Below, one piece after another: positions 11,515 to 24,007 of a stretch of DNA of 64,000 bases. The stretch is from Vicinamibacterales bacterium. Lineage in GTDB: Bacteria > Acidobacteriota > Vicinamibacteria > Vicinamibacterales > JAMQPK01. The DNA is taken from assembly GCA_963825295.1 (NCBI GenBank), contig CAWGSZ010000009.1, positions 1,718,329 to 1,782,328 of the forward strand, given 5' to 3'. How positions within the stretch are numbered: position 1 is the first letter of the stretch; every line of letters starts with the position of its first letter. Both the position numbers and the translations under genes were made by a program. The notes under the pieces were generated by a model. The model was not told the DNA's origin. It was given only the letters and a program-made list of their open reading frames with translations, and searched no databases.

Positions 11515-13043
11515 CTGAGCGACTCGAGACGGCCACGTTCCGCCCAGAGAGAGTCACGCCCTGATAGTGGGGTCTGGCGGGCCATCACCTTTCCCGGCCC
11601 CCTTTTCTCGGCCCACAAGGCAGCTGCAATAGCGGCGACCTCCGCCAGATGATCAGCACCCGCCCCGTCCAGGCCGGTCCCGGCGAGCAGCCGATCGACA
11701 TACGTTGTATCGAACTCTGCGCGGGCAAATTCAGGCGATCTCACAAGATCGCGGCAGAATCCGATGGTCGTGCTGATGCCCCGCAGGTCGTACTCGTTCA
11801 ATGCGCGAACCATGCGCCGGATGGCTCCCGGCCGGTCGGAATCCCACGCAATGACCTTGGAAATCAGCGGGTCATACGCGGTCGGCACGGTCCAGCCCTC
11901 ATAGGCACCGCTGTCGTCGCGAATCCCCGGCCCCGATGGGGCGCGCAGATGCGTAATCAAGCCCGGTGACGGCAGGAATCCCGCTTCCGGGTTTTCCGCA
12001 TAGACGCGGACTTCGATCGCGTGGCCGTTTGCGCGGGTGAAGGCTCGACTGAAGTCGAGCCCTACCGGTGTCGTGTCGAGCCCTACCCGTGTCGCGTCGA
12101 GGCCTATTGCCGCTTCAAGCCGGGCTCCGCTGGCAATCTCGATTTGCGCCCGTACGAAATCGATGCCCGTCACCGCCTCGGTGATCGGGTGCTCGACCTG
12201 CAGCCGCGTGTTCATCTCGAGAAAGAAAAAGTTGCCGCCGGCGTCCACGAGAAACTCAATCGTGCCGGCGCTCGAGTACTTCGCGGCCTGGCCAATCGCC
12301 GCGGCCGCCGACATCAGCCGCTCGCGCAGCTCGGGCGTCACCGATGGCGATGGTGTTTCCTCAATCAGCTTCTGATGCCGCCGCTGAATCGAGCATTCGC
12401 GCTCGACGAAGGGCACGATCGTGCCGTGCCTGTCGCCCAGCAACTGCACCTCGATGTGCCGCGGCTTCTCGATCAACCGCTCGAAATACACGCGGTCGTC
12501 CCCAAAGGCCGACAACGCTTCCGATCGCGCCAGTTGAACCGCCCCTGCGAGATCGCCGGGCGCGCGCACGACGCGCATGCCCTTTCCCCCGCCGCCCGCG
12601 ACGGCTTTCACCAGGAGCGGATATCCGATCGCGTCGGGATCGCCGCCGCCGGCAACCACGGGCACGCCGGCCGCCACCGCAATCTCGCGCGCCGCGGTTT
12701 TGCTGCCCATCGCGCGCATCGCCGCGGGGTCAGGTCCGACAAACGTCAGCCCCGCTTGTGCGCAGGCTTCGGCGAACTCCGCGTTCTCGGCCAGAAACCC
12801 GTACCCCGGATGCACGGCGTCGACTCCGGCGCGGCGCGCCACATCGATCACGCGATCGATCCGGAGGTAGCTCTCCGAAGCCTGTGCGGGCCCGATGGCG
12901 TAGGCCTCGTCGGCAAGCCGTACGTGCAGCGCGTTGCGATCGCATTCGGAATAGACCGCAACCGTGCCGAGGCCCATGTCGCGGCACGTCCGGATCACTC
13001 GTACGGCGATCTCGCCGCGGTTGGCGATAAGCAGCTTGTTCAA
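11511..13043 (-). CDS. Biotin carboxylase subunit of an acyl-CoA carboxylase
   Basis: LIANRGEIA, HPGYGFLAEN, GGGGKGMR, EMNTRLQVEH. Confidence 0.95.
   Translation of the reverse strand: MNKLLIANRGEIAVRVIRTCRDMGLGTVAVYSECDRNALHVRLADEAYAIGPAQASESYLRIDRVIDVARRAGVDAVHPGYGFLAENAEFAEACAQAGLTFVGPDPAAMRAMGSKTAAREIAVAAGVPVVAGGGDPDAIGYPLLVKAVAGGGGKGMRVVRAPGDLAGAVQLARSEALSAFGDDRVYFERLIEKPRHIEVQLLGDRHGTIVPFVERECSIQRRHQKLIEETPSPSVTPELRERLMSAAAAIGQAAKYSSAGTIEFLVDAGGNFFFLEMNTRLQVEHPITEAVTGIDFVRAQIEIASGARLEAAIGLDATRVGLDTTPVGLDFSRAFTRANGHAIEVRVYAENPEAGFLPSPGLITHLRAPSGPGIRDDSGAYEGWTVPTAYDPLISKVIAWDSDRPGAIRRMVRALNEYDLRGISTTIGFCRDLVRSPEFARAEFDTTYVDRLLAGTGLDGAGADHLAEVAAIAAALWAEKRGPGKVMARQTPLSGRDSLWAERGRLESLR
12042..12107 (-). 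repeat. GTAG-type REP plus two 21-bp partial duplicates, in frame in biotin carboxylase
   Basis: Minus strand GTAGGGCTCGACTTCAGTCGAGCC. Encodes IGLDATRVGLDTTPVGLDFSRA. Confidence 0.8.
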
Positions 13044-13113
13044 GTGGTCAAAACGTGTGGCAGCGCGCTTGTAATTCTATCACCTGCGAGTACTTAGGCG
13101 GGCGGATCCCTGG

Positions 13114-13142
13114 CTAGTCCCCAGTCCCCAATCCCTAATCCC
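13114..13142 (+). repeat. (A/G)TCCC(C/T)A heptamer array
   Basis: ctagtccccagtccccaatccctaatccc, just after the carboxyltransferase stop. Confidence 0.9.
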
Positions 13143-13150
13143 GGCGGGCG

Positions 13151-14683
<1,533 letters not shown>

Positions 14684-14726
14684 GATTTGTCGCGCGACCC
14701 CATCGCCCCGCGCCGCTCGTGGCTCA

Positions 14727-15380
14727 TCACACTCGGGCGGCCTGCGACTTCTCCCAGTCTTTCAGGAAGTTCGCGAGCCCGATATCGGTCAGCGGGTGCT
14801 TGAAGAGCTGATCGATCACTTTCGCGGGGCACGTGCAGATGTCGGCTCCCATCTTCGCCGCCTCGACGATGTGAAGGGGGTGCCGCGTGCTGGCCACCAG
14901 CACTTCGGTCTGGAACGGGTAGTTCCGGTAGATCTCGACGATCTCCTGGATGAGATTCATGCCGGTCGTACCCACATCGTCCAGGCGTCCGACGAACGGG
15001 CTGACCATCGTCGCGCCCGCCTTCGCCGCCAGCAGCGCCTGCGCCGCCGAAAAGACCAGCGTGACGTTGACCTTGAGGCCCTCTTTCGTGAGCGTCTTGC
15101 ACGCGCGGACGCCATCGCGCGTGAACGGCACCTTCACGACGATGTGCTCGTCGATCGTGGCCAGGTCGCGCCCTTCGCGCAGCATGCCTTCCCACTCGGT
15201 CGAGAGCACCTCGGCGCTGACGGGGCCCTGCACGATCCGGCAGATCTCCTTCATCGTCTTGCGGTAGTCGCCGGTTTCCTTGGCCATCAGCGACGGATTG
15301 GTGGTGACGCCGTCGATGATGCCGATGGCCGCCAGTGTCTCGATTTCCTTGACGTTACCCGTATCCAGGAAAAGCTTCAT
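14727..15380 (-). CDS. fsa: Transaldolase / fructose-6-phosphate aldolase (TalC/Fsa)
   Basis: [40 protein letters not shown]. Confidence 0.9.
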   Translation of the reverse strand: MKLFLDTGNVKEIETLAAIGIIDGVTTNPSLMAKETGDYRKTMKEICRIVQGPVSAEVLSTEWEGMLREGRDLATIDEHIVVKVPFTRDGVRACKTLTKEGLKVNVTLVFSAAQALLAAKAGATMVSPFVGRLDDVGTTGMNLIQEIVEIYRNYPFQTEVLVASTRHPLHIVEAAKMGADICTCPAKVIDQLFKHPLTDIGLANFLKDWEKSQAARV

Positions 15381-15408
15381 AGGATTCCTCTCAGTCGTTC
15401 ACGTCCGC

Positions 15409-15432
15409 TTTGCCATCTGCCATTTGCCATTT
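15409..15432 (+). repeat. TGCCAT(C/T) x3 heptamer array
   Basis: Read directly, between the FAH gene stop and fsa. Confidence 0.8.
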
Positions 15433-15437
15433 CACCG

Positions 15438-16219
15438 TTACCCGGCCACCGGATTGGTCAGCTCCCCGATACCTTCAATTTTCACCGAAAACGTATCGCC
15501 GCCTTTCAGCGGTCCCACACCCGACGGCGTGCCGGTCGCGATCACGTCGCCCTCGAGGAGCGTCATCACGTTCGACACAAAGGCGACGATCTGCGCCACG
15601 CTGAAGATCAGCTGCCGGGTATTCGACGCCTGTTTCCGCTGCCCGTTCAGCCAACCCTCGACGTCGAGGGCCGACGGATCGAGCCCCATCGCGATGCACG
15701 GCCCGATGGGGGCGAAGGTGTCGAACCCCTTCGCGCGCGTGTACTGAACTTCCTTCCGCTGAAGCTCGCGCGCCGTGACGTCGATGAGGCACGTCAGCCC
15801 GAGCACGTGCTCCATTGCCTTATCGGCAGGTACTCGCGACGCCTGTTTCCCGATGACGACCCCGAGTTCGGCCTCGTAATGCACCTCGCCGACACCTGCC
15901 GGAATCCGTATCGGATCGCCGGGGCCAATCACGGCCGTCGACGGCTTCAGAAACATCAGCGGCTCGGCTGGCAGCGGCTTGTTCATCTCGGCCGCGTGAT
16001 CTTTGTAGTTCAGCCCGATGGCCACGATCTTCGACGGCGCCACAGGCGCCAGAATCCTCGCGGGCTTCACCGCCGCGCCGCGCCGGCCGCGGCGGCCGCG
16101 CGTTCTTTCAGGTCCGGCAGGCCGTCGCCGCCGTCAACGAGCCGATATCCGCCTCCTGTCTCCAACGCATACCGTGGCCGGCCCTCGTGCTCGATTCGGA
16201 ACAGTTTCGCCCCGCTCAC
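15438..16219 (-). CDS. Fumarylacetoacetate hydrolase family protein; frameshift near the N-terminus
   Basis: KIVAIGLNY, HYEAEL, KGFDTFAPIGP, GDVIATGTPSGVG. GTG start overlaps the upstream stop. Confidence 0.9.
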
Positions 16220-17973
16220 CTGATGGTTTCCTCAACCCGGTTCGACGGCGCGCTTCGGTTCGCGGGGGTCTGTTTGTCGACGGCGACCACTTCGTACACG
16301 TAGGTACGCCCACGCCGGACGGTCGTGTCGTTGAACGAGGTGTCGGTAATCGGCGACGGGGTCAGCGGGGAAAGTTTGTCACCAGGCGCTTCGCCGCGCA
16401 AGACCAGGTATCCCCCGAAATCGGCCTCGGTATTGGCGTCCCACAACAGGCTCACGCCGGCGCCACCGGAAATCGCCTGGACGTTCTTCGGCGCGGCGGG
16501 TGCAAACGCATCGCGGGGTGTCACACAAGCAGGCGCCGACGCCACGCCTTCGATCGCGACGCCGCCCGACAACTCGACACGCCTGATGACGTAGCATCGC
16601 TCGACGTCGAACTCGATGCGCGGATCGGCGAAGGCCGTGGCCGTGAGGAGCGTCTTGTTCAAGGGCAAAACCGGAGACCTGGGTGCGTTAGGTGCGGAGG
16701 CGGGGTGCGTTAGGTGCGTTGGGCTTGTCCGCCGTAGCGATCTGCGAAGCAGGCGCAGAGGCGGATGCGCGCTGGGCGTCGTACACGTTGTATCCGTAAC
16801 GAGGCGCGGGCCCGGCGGCGGCGGCTTTTGCCGCGGCGGCGATGGCGGCGGCAGCAGGCGATGGCTTCGCGCCCGCCGTCGCCGGCGGACCAGGCGGCGC
16901 GATATCTCGCGTATCCGCGGTTTCCAGGTCGGCGTACACCTCGTACGTCCCGGCGGTCTCCTGCAGGGCGACAGGCGGCACGGCTGGCGCCGGCGCCGGA
17001 GGCGCTGGCACCGGTGGCGCGACCGCCACAGGTGGTGCATCCGCGGCGGGCGCCGGCACTGGTGCGCTACTCGTCGCAGGACTCGGAGGAGCCGGTGAAG
17101 CGGGTGCAGGCGGCGCGCCGCCCGGCGCTGCTGCGGTCGTCGGCGCAGCCGCGGCCGCCGGCGCCGCCGCGTCTTCGGGTTGCCTCGGCCACGTCAGCGA
17201 AATCGCTGTTTCCGTGTACCCCACCGCAATCTCGTTGGGCGGCATCAGCGGCTCGACGAGCGGAACGCGCAAAGGGCCCGCGTATGGGCCGCGCCTTCCG
17301 CGGCTTCGGCTGACACCAACGGCCGTATAAAAACGGGTTGGCGCCAGCTCGAAATTCTCCGTGCCCGGCGTCTCGACCTTCTCCACCACCGGCGCGTTGG
17401 GAGCGGCGGGCGGTACTGCCCGCACAGGCGGCATCGGGCCGGTTTCCCTTTCCTTGTCGGTCAACGGTTCGCGCACGCTGATGAGCCAGCCCTGCTCGGT
17501 CATCTTCCGGCCGACCTGGCTGCCCTGGTCGCTCGATCCGGCCTCCGCGCCCGCATTCGCCGGCGGCGTGGCGTCTGCGGCATCAGGCGGGTCGGCTTTC
17601 GCCTCGCCGGCGGCTGGCTGCGTGTTCTCTTCCTTGAGTGTTTCGGGATCGGCAATGTCGACCGAAGCGACGAGCGTGCCGTACTTCTGAAAATCGGTCG
17701 TGGCCGGCAGCGGGCCGGTGTGGGCATACACCTCGACCCGGCGCAGATCGGCCGGACCCGACCCGTCGGTGTTCAGCGTCGGGACCGTGAACTGGACGAC
17801 CACTTCGTTCTCCACGCGCTTGACGGCAAATTCGGTGACCGCCCTCGGCAGATACACGATCGGCGCGAGCGGCGGCCCCTTGCGGCCGCATGCGGCGGAA
17901 CAGGCACCACAGAGAACGCAGAGGAAGAAACCGAACGTCCGGAGCAGCGGAAACGACAACCCGATTCGGCGAG

Positions 17974-17977
<4 letters not shown>
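16216..17977 (-). CDS. Lipoprotein with fibronectin type III domains and an Ala/Pro-rich linker; frame change near 16690
   Basis: Lipobox [15 protein letters not shown]3 motifs LLWD..GYLVLR and [12 protein letters not shown]. Confidence 0.75.
16681..16722 (+). repeat. 9-mer array GGTGCGTT(A/G)
   Basis: Encodes PNAPNAP; same family as 31727 and 33268. Confidence 0.8.
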
Positions 17978-19391
<1,414 letters not shown>

Positions 19392-19392
<1 letters not shown>

Positions 19393-19919
19393 CAGAGTTC
19401 TTCAATCGCGAGCGTGCTGTTGGTGTAGACGCAGATGGAGGCCGCCACGTTCATCGCGTGCTCGGCGATGGCGCGCGCGTCGAGATCGGTGTGCCGCATC
19501 AGCGCCTTGGCCGCGGCGAGCGCGTAGGGGCCGCCCGATCCGATGCCGATGACCCCTTCGTCCGGCTCGATCAAGTCGCCCGTCCCCGAGAGCAGGAACA
19601 TCGACGATCGGTCGAGCACGACGAGCATCGCCTCGAGCCGGCGCAGCGCGCGATCGGTGCGCCAGTCTTTCGCCAGCTCCACCGACGAGCGCTCGAGGTT
19701 GCCGCGGTACTGCTCGAGCTTGGCCTCGAAGCGCGAGAACAAGGCAAACGAGTCGGCGGCCGATCCCGCGAAGCCCGCGAGAATCTTGTCGTTGTACAAG
19801 CGCCGGACTTTCCTGGCGTGCTGTTTGACGATCGTATCGCCCAGCGTCACCTGACCGTCGCCGGCGAGCACGGCGCGATCCTTGTGGCGCACGGCGAGAA
19901 TGGTCGTGGCGTGGATCAC
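19392..19919 (-). CDS. hslV: Protease subunit HslV
   Basis: [31 protein letters not shown]. Confidence 0.97.
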
Positions 19920-19952
19920 TCAACCGCAGTCTATCGAGGCCTTACAAGAGGG

Positions 19953-21317
19953 TCAACCGCGTCGTGTGAGCCAGAGATAGAGCGGGATGCCGGACGCGAT
20001 GACGAGAAGGCCGAGCGCCGACGGACCAGGGCTGCGATAGAACGCATTCAGCACGATGGCCAGGCTGGCGAAGACGAAGATGGCCGGCGCAATGGGATAG
20101 CCAAGCGTCTTGTACGGCCGTGGCGCATGTGGCTCGCGCGCGCGCAACACGAACACGGCACTGACAGCGATGCCCGCGAAGAGCGTGATCGCAAACCCGA
20201 CGTAGTTCGAGAGCGTGTCGAGGCTGCCGGTCAGGATGAGCAGGCTCGTCCACGCCGCTTGTGCAACGATCGACACGTGAGGCGTCTTGAACTTCGGATG
20301 CACCTGCGCCGCGGCCGGAAAAAATACGCCGTCGCGCGCCATGGCGTAGTAAATGCGCGGCCCCGCAAACGTCCACGCATTGATGCCGGCCGACAAGCTG
20401 ATCAGCGTGACAACGGCCAGAATTTCGCCGGCGCGCGCGCCGAGGATGCGCTCGCCGATGAGATCGAACACGCTGCCCTTCACGGCCGCGAGATCGGTCA
20501 CGGGCATCGCATAGAGATACAGCGCATTGAGCAGGGCGTAGATAGCGATGACCGCGATCGTACCCATCAACAGCGCCAGCGGAACATTACGGCCAGGGTC
20601 CTTGATCTCCTCGGCCATGTAGGACGCCGCATTCCATCCAGAATAGGTGAACATCACCGGCACCAGCGCCAGCAACCAGTTGGTCGCCGACACCGATCCC
20701 GCCGCCTGCTGGAAATTGGCGCTCGAGCCCGAGCCGAGCGTAAAACCCAGCGCGATGAACACGACGAGCGTCGTGACTTTGAGAACGGCCAGCACGTTCA
20801 TCACGAAGCGGCCGGGTCCGACACCGCCCACGTGCACCCACGCAAACACCCAGACGAGCGCCATGGCCATCAGCGTGTGAGGCGAAAAGGTCAGCGGAAG
20901 ATACGGGAGCGGAATCACGAAGAAGGGCTCGGGATTGGCCACGCCGGGGATGAAGCGATTGAGCACGATCATGAAAAAGATCGCGCTCGCGGCCATCGCT
21001 CCGGAAAACCCGGTGACGAACGACGTCCAACCGGTCATGAAGCCGGCCAGCGGTCCGTACGCTTCGCGCAAGTACACGTATTCGCCGCCCGCACGCGGCC
21101 GCAATGCCGCGAGCTCAGCGTAGGCGACCGCGCCGCAGAATGCCAGAACGCCGCCCGCAACCCATGTGGATAGGAACCACACCGGATGCGGAAGCATCGA
21201 CGCTACGAGGGGCGGAAGGAAAAAGATGCCGCCGCCGATAACGTTGGCGATGATGATGGCGGCGCCGTCGAACGGCCCCAGCCGCCTCTCGAGAGATGTT
21301 TGTGTCGAAGGAGGCAC
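19953..21317 (-). CDS. APC-family amino acid permease
   Basis: About 12 TM; IGGGIF, YAELA..P.AGGEYVYL, FTYSGWN. Confidence 0.9.
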   Translation of the reverse strand: MPPSTQTSLERRLGPFDGAAIIIANVIGGGIFFLPPLVASMLPHPVWFLSTWVAGGVLAFCGAVAYAELAALRPRAGGEYVYLREAYGPLAGFMTGWTSFVTGFSGAMAASAIFFMIVLNRFIPGVANPEPFFVIPLPYLPLTFSPHTLMAMALVWVFAWVHVGGVGPGRFVMNVLAVLKVTTLVVFIALGFTLGSGSSANFQQAAGSVSATNWLLALVPVMFTYSGWNAASYMAEEIKDPGRNVPLALLMGTIAVIAIYALLNALYLYAMPVTDLAAVKGSVFDLIGERILGARAGEILAVVTLISLSAGINAWTFAGPRIYYAMARDGVFFPAAAQVHPKFKTPHVSIVAQAAWTSLLILTGSLDTLSNYVGFAITLFAGIAVSAVFVLRAREPHAPRPYKTLGYPIAPAIFVFASLAIVLNAFYRSPGPSALGLLVIASGIPLYLWLTRRG

Positions 21318-21323
21318 GCAGCG

Positions 21324-21821
21324 CTACTGAGTGAGCAACTCTCGCGCGATTTGCCACTCACCCAGCTTGGTCCACTGGGCGCCCCCGTGCTTGGCGAACA
21401 ACTGGACCTGAGCATCGACGAACTGGCTGTTTTTCAGCATCTGCACGCGCGGTTCGATGCCAGTGTATCCGAGGTTCGACCGAAGCACGATAGGTTTGGT
21501 GCTGGTGCCCGGCGCGATGCCGTCGTTGCCGATCACCTTCTGGTAGGCACCGCCCCACTCATCGGTCTCGCCCACACGGCGGATGACGGCGTTCAGCTGC
21601 ACGTTGGCCACCTGTTCGCCGCTGACGTTCTTGAGCGTGAGCGTGACGGTGGGGACCAGCTTGTTCTTCCCGTCCTCGATGCCCGCGTCAAACCAGCCCG
21701 TTTTCACATCGACCGGCTGGACGAGCTTGCTGATCGGCAGCCCCGATCCACTCCCGCAGGCAGCCAGGGACGACGCGACCAGGGCGACAAACAGGACCTT
21801 CGATATCCGGCGCATCTGCAT
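21324..21821 (-). CDS. Hypothetical lipoprotein
   Basis: Lipobox LAAC; high-GC coding pattern. Confidence 0.7.
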   Translation of the reverse strand: MQMRRISKVLFVALVASSLAACGSGSGLPISKLVQPVDVKTGWFDAGIEDGKNKLVPTVTLTLKNVSGEQVANVQLNAVIRRVGETDEWGGAYQKVIGNDGIAPGTSTKPIVLRSNLGYTGIEPRVQMLKNSQFVDAQVQLFAKHGGAQWTKLGEWQIARELLTQ

Positions 21822-21866
21822 ATCTTAATTCGACACCGAATTCCCGCTCCGGCTCCTCCAGGTCTC

Positions 21867-21892
21867 CTCAATCCCTAATCCCTCAATCCCTA
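21867..21892 (+). repeat. AATCCCT array overlapping a stop codon
   Basis: ctcaatccctaatccctcaatcccta. Confidence 0.8.
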
Positions 21893-22549
21893 GTAATGCC
21901 GCACATCCACCTTCGTGCGCACCTCGTCGCGCGACAGTTTGTGCTCGCGCAACGCCTGCAGATCGCTGCCCTTCATGCGCAGAATCACCGTCATCGGCGC
22001 CTCGATCACCCCGCCGTTGACGAACCGCCGATCGACGACGGTCTCGCGCGCCGCGACCGTGAGCCACTCGCCCGGCCCGATCCCGAGCGCGCCAGGATAG
22101 TCGAGCACGACGTTGAGCAGCGCGTCCGTGATCTCGCTCTGATAGATCTCGCGCGGCTGGACGCCGCTGCCCGGCTGCGCGGCGCGCAGCGCGGCGTTGG
22201 TGGGGTTCGTGCGCTCGAGCTCCTGCAGGCTCCACACCATGCTGCGGCGCATCGACGGAAATTCCACGTCGAACATCACGCCGTAGTCGTCGAGCCGGAA
22301 TCCGCGCGCCCTCGGCATCCCCGCCAGCATCACCATGTTGGCCGCGCTCGACTGCTGCAGCCGTTGATCGAGCATCTGCGTCCCGTATCGAACCGCGTTC
22401 TCGAGCGCCGCCTCGAACGCCGCGATCTGCTGACGCGCCTGCATCTGCGCCGCGGTCGGCGGCGCCGCTCTCTCTGTGTTCTGCGCGGCCGCCGAGACCG
22501 CGACCGTCCACACGGCGCCCGTCACGAGCGCCCGGCTGACCACGTTCAC
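21890..22549 (-). CDS. Exported hypothetical protein in the ECF operon
   Basis: Signal peptide ending AAA-Q. Overlaps the anti-sigma gene stop. Confidence 0.7.
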   Translation of the reverse strand: MNVVSRALVTGAVWTVAVSAAAQNTERAAPPTAAQMQARQQIAAFEAALENAVRYGTQMLDQRLQQSSAANMVMLAGMPRARGFRLDDYGVMFDVEFPSMRRSMVWSLQELERTNPTNAALRAAQPGSGVQPREIYQSEITDALLNVVLDYPGALGIGPGEWLTVAARETVVDRRFVNGGVIEAPMTVILRMKGSDLQALREHKLSRDEVRTKVDVRHY

Positions 22550-23280
22550 TTCGCGCCCCCTGTTCTCACGAGGTAATTCATCACGTCTTCCTGCTGCTGA
22601 CCGAAGTTCTGCTGAATGCGCAGCAAGTCGGCCTGATGCTGCGCGTCGACTTCGCTGTTCAGCTGCGACAGCCGCAGCGCCAGCTCGCGCTGCTGCCGCT
22701 GCTCGCTCTGATCGATCATCGAGCGCACGCGCTGCAGCAACTGCTCGGTCGAGGTATCCGTCGCCACTGGCGTCAGCCGGTTCTCGATCGGTCGCTCCGG
22801 ACCTGTATTGACGCTGGGGATGTTCTCTGCCGCAAGCTCAATCCACGTATCGCGCGCATTCGGACTCTGCGCGGTCGCGGCGTCGGGCTGGCCCAGCTGC
22901 ACGGTGAACACGCCAGCGTCGTAGCTCATGGTGAACTGCGACACCGCCATGCCGGCGGCAAACACGAGCACCGCCGCCGCCGCGCGGGCCCAGCCGCCAT
23001 ACGCCGGCGGCCAGAACGAGGACGCGCGCGGCGGTAGCGGGACGGCCTGCTTTTCCTGAACGATTCGAAACCCCAGCTCGGTGGCCGGCGGCGTCCAGTC
23101 GTGCAACATGCCGCGCACGTTCTGGAACTCGAGGACGGCAACCGAGCAGGACGCACATTCCTGCAGGTGCCGCGCCACGTCCAGTCGTTCGGCGGGATCA
23201 CCTTCCTCGTAGAGGTAAGCGAGAAGGGCTTCGTGATTGTCGGCAATGTGCTGTGTCATGGCGATCACTTCAACTTTCAC
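22546..23280 (-). CDS. Zinc-binding (zf-HC2) transmembrane anti-sigma factor
   Basis: HLQECASC, then a TM helix; directly downstream of the ECF sigma gene. Confidence 0.85.
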   Translation of the reverse strand: MKVEVIAMTQHIADNHEALLAYLYEEGDPAERLDVARHLQECASCSVAVLEFQNVRGMLHDWTPPATELGFRIVQEKQAVPLPPRASSFWPPAYGGWARAAAAVLVFAAGMAVSQFTMSYDAGVFTVQLGQPDAATAQSPNARDTWIELAAENIPSVNTGPERPIENRLTPVATDTSTEQLLQRVRSMIDQSEQRQQRELALRLSQLNSEVDAQHQADLLRIQQNFGQQQEDVMNYLVRTGGAK

Positions 23281-23878
23281 GCCGGGGAGCCAATTGCTGC
23301 CCGAGCTGTTTTCTCAACGTGGACAGGCCTTGATACACGCGCGTCTTCACCGTGCTCAAAGGGCACTTCATGAGGTCGGCAATTTCCTGGAAGGTGAGGC
23401 CGTGATATTCCTTCAGGATGATGGCTTGACGCTGTTCCGCCGGCAGAGACTCCATCGCCCTCGCCACCTCGCGGCTCAGCTCGCTTCGCGCCGCCAGATC
23501 TTCAACCGTTTCAACGGGACCACGCTCGGCCGCCAGCTGCTCGACATCGACGCCCTCGGGCACCGCGACGAGCGGCGTGCGCCGTTCCTTCCGCATCCAG
23601 TCGCGGCACAGATTGAGCGCGATCCGGTAGAGCCAGGACGAAAACTTGGCGTCGCCTTTGAAGCCGGACAACGCGCGGAATGCGCGGAGAAAGGTTTCCT
23701 GCGTGACATCGCGCGCGTCTTCCTCGCGACCGAGCGTCCGGTACGCCAGGGCGAAGATAGGCCGCTCCCATCGCTTCACCAGCTGATTGAAGCTGTCCAT
23801 ATCGCCGGTCTTGGATCGCGCGACCAGCTCCTCGTCGGTCCACGGCCTCATAGGAACTGTAGCTGTAAGCGCTGTCAT
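23270..23878 (-). CDS. ECF RNA polymerase sigma factor
   Basis: DARDVTQETF, FSSWLYRIALN, LTFQEIA..STVKTR. Confidence 0.93.
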   Translation of the reverse strand: MTALTATVPMRPWTDEELVARSKTGDMDSFNQLVKRWERPIFALAYRTLGREEDARDVTQETFLRAFRALSGFKGDAKFSSWLYRIALNLCRDWMRKERRTPLVAVPEGVDVEQLAAERGPVETVEDLAARSELSREVARAMESLPAEQRQAIILKEYHGLTFQEIADLMKCPLSTVKTRVYQGLSTLRKQLGQQLAPRRES

Positions 23879-24007
23879 GCTTTAGAGCCGACTTTGGTGT
23901 TCACTTGGGTTAGACGACACACCCCCCGATTCGGCCTGTAAAACCCTTGGAGACGCACCTTGGTTGGGGTGTGTCCATCATACCGCCAAGCCATTACACT
24001 ATCTGCC

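Noticed and set aside
16820-17180. Ala/Pro-rich low-complexity region as a DNA repeat element
   Set aside because: No fixed DNA period; explained by a flexible protein linker.
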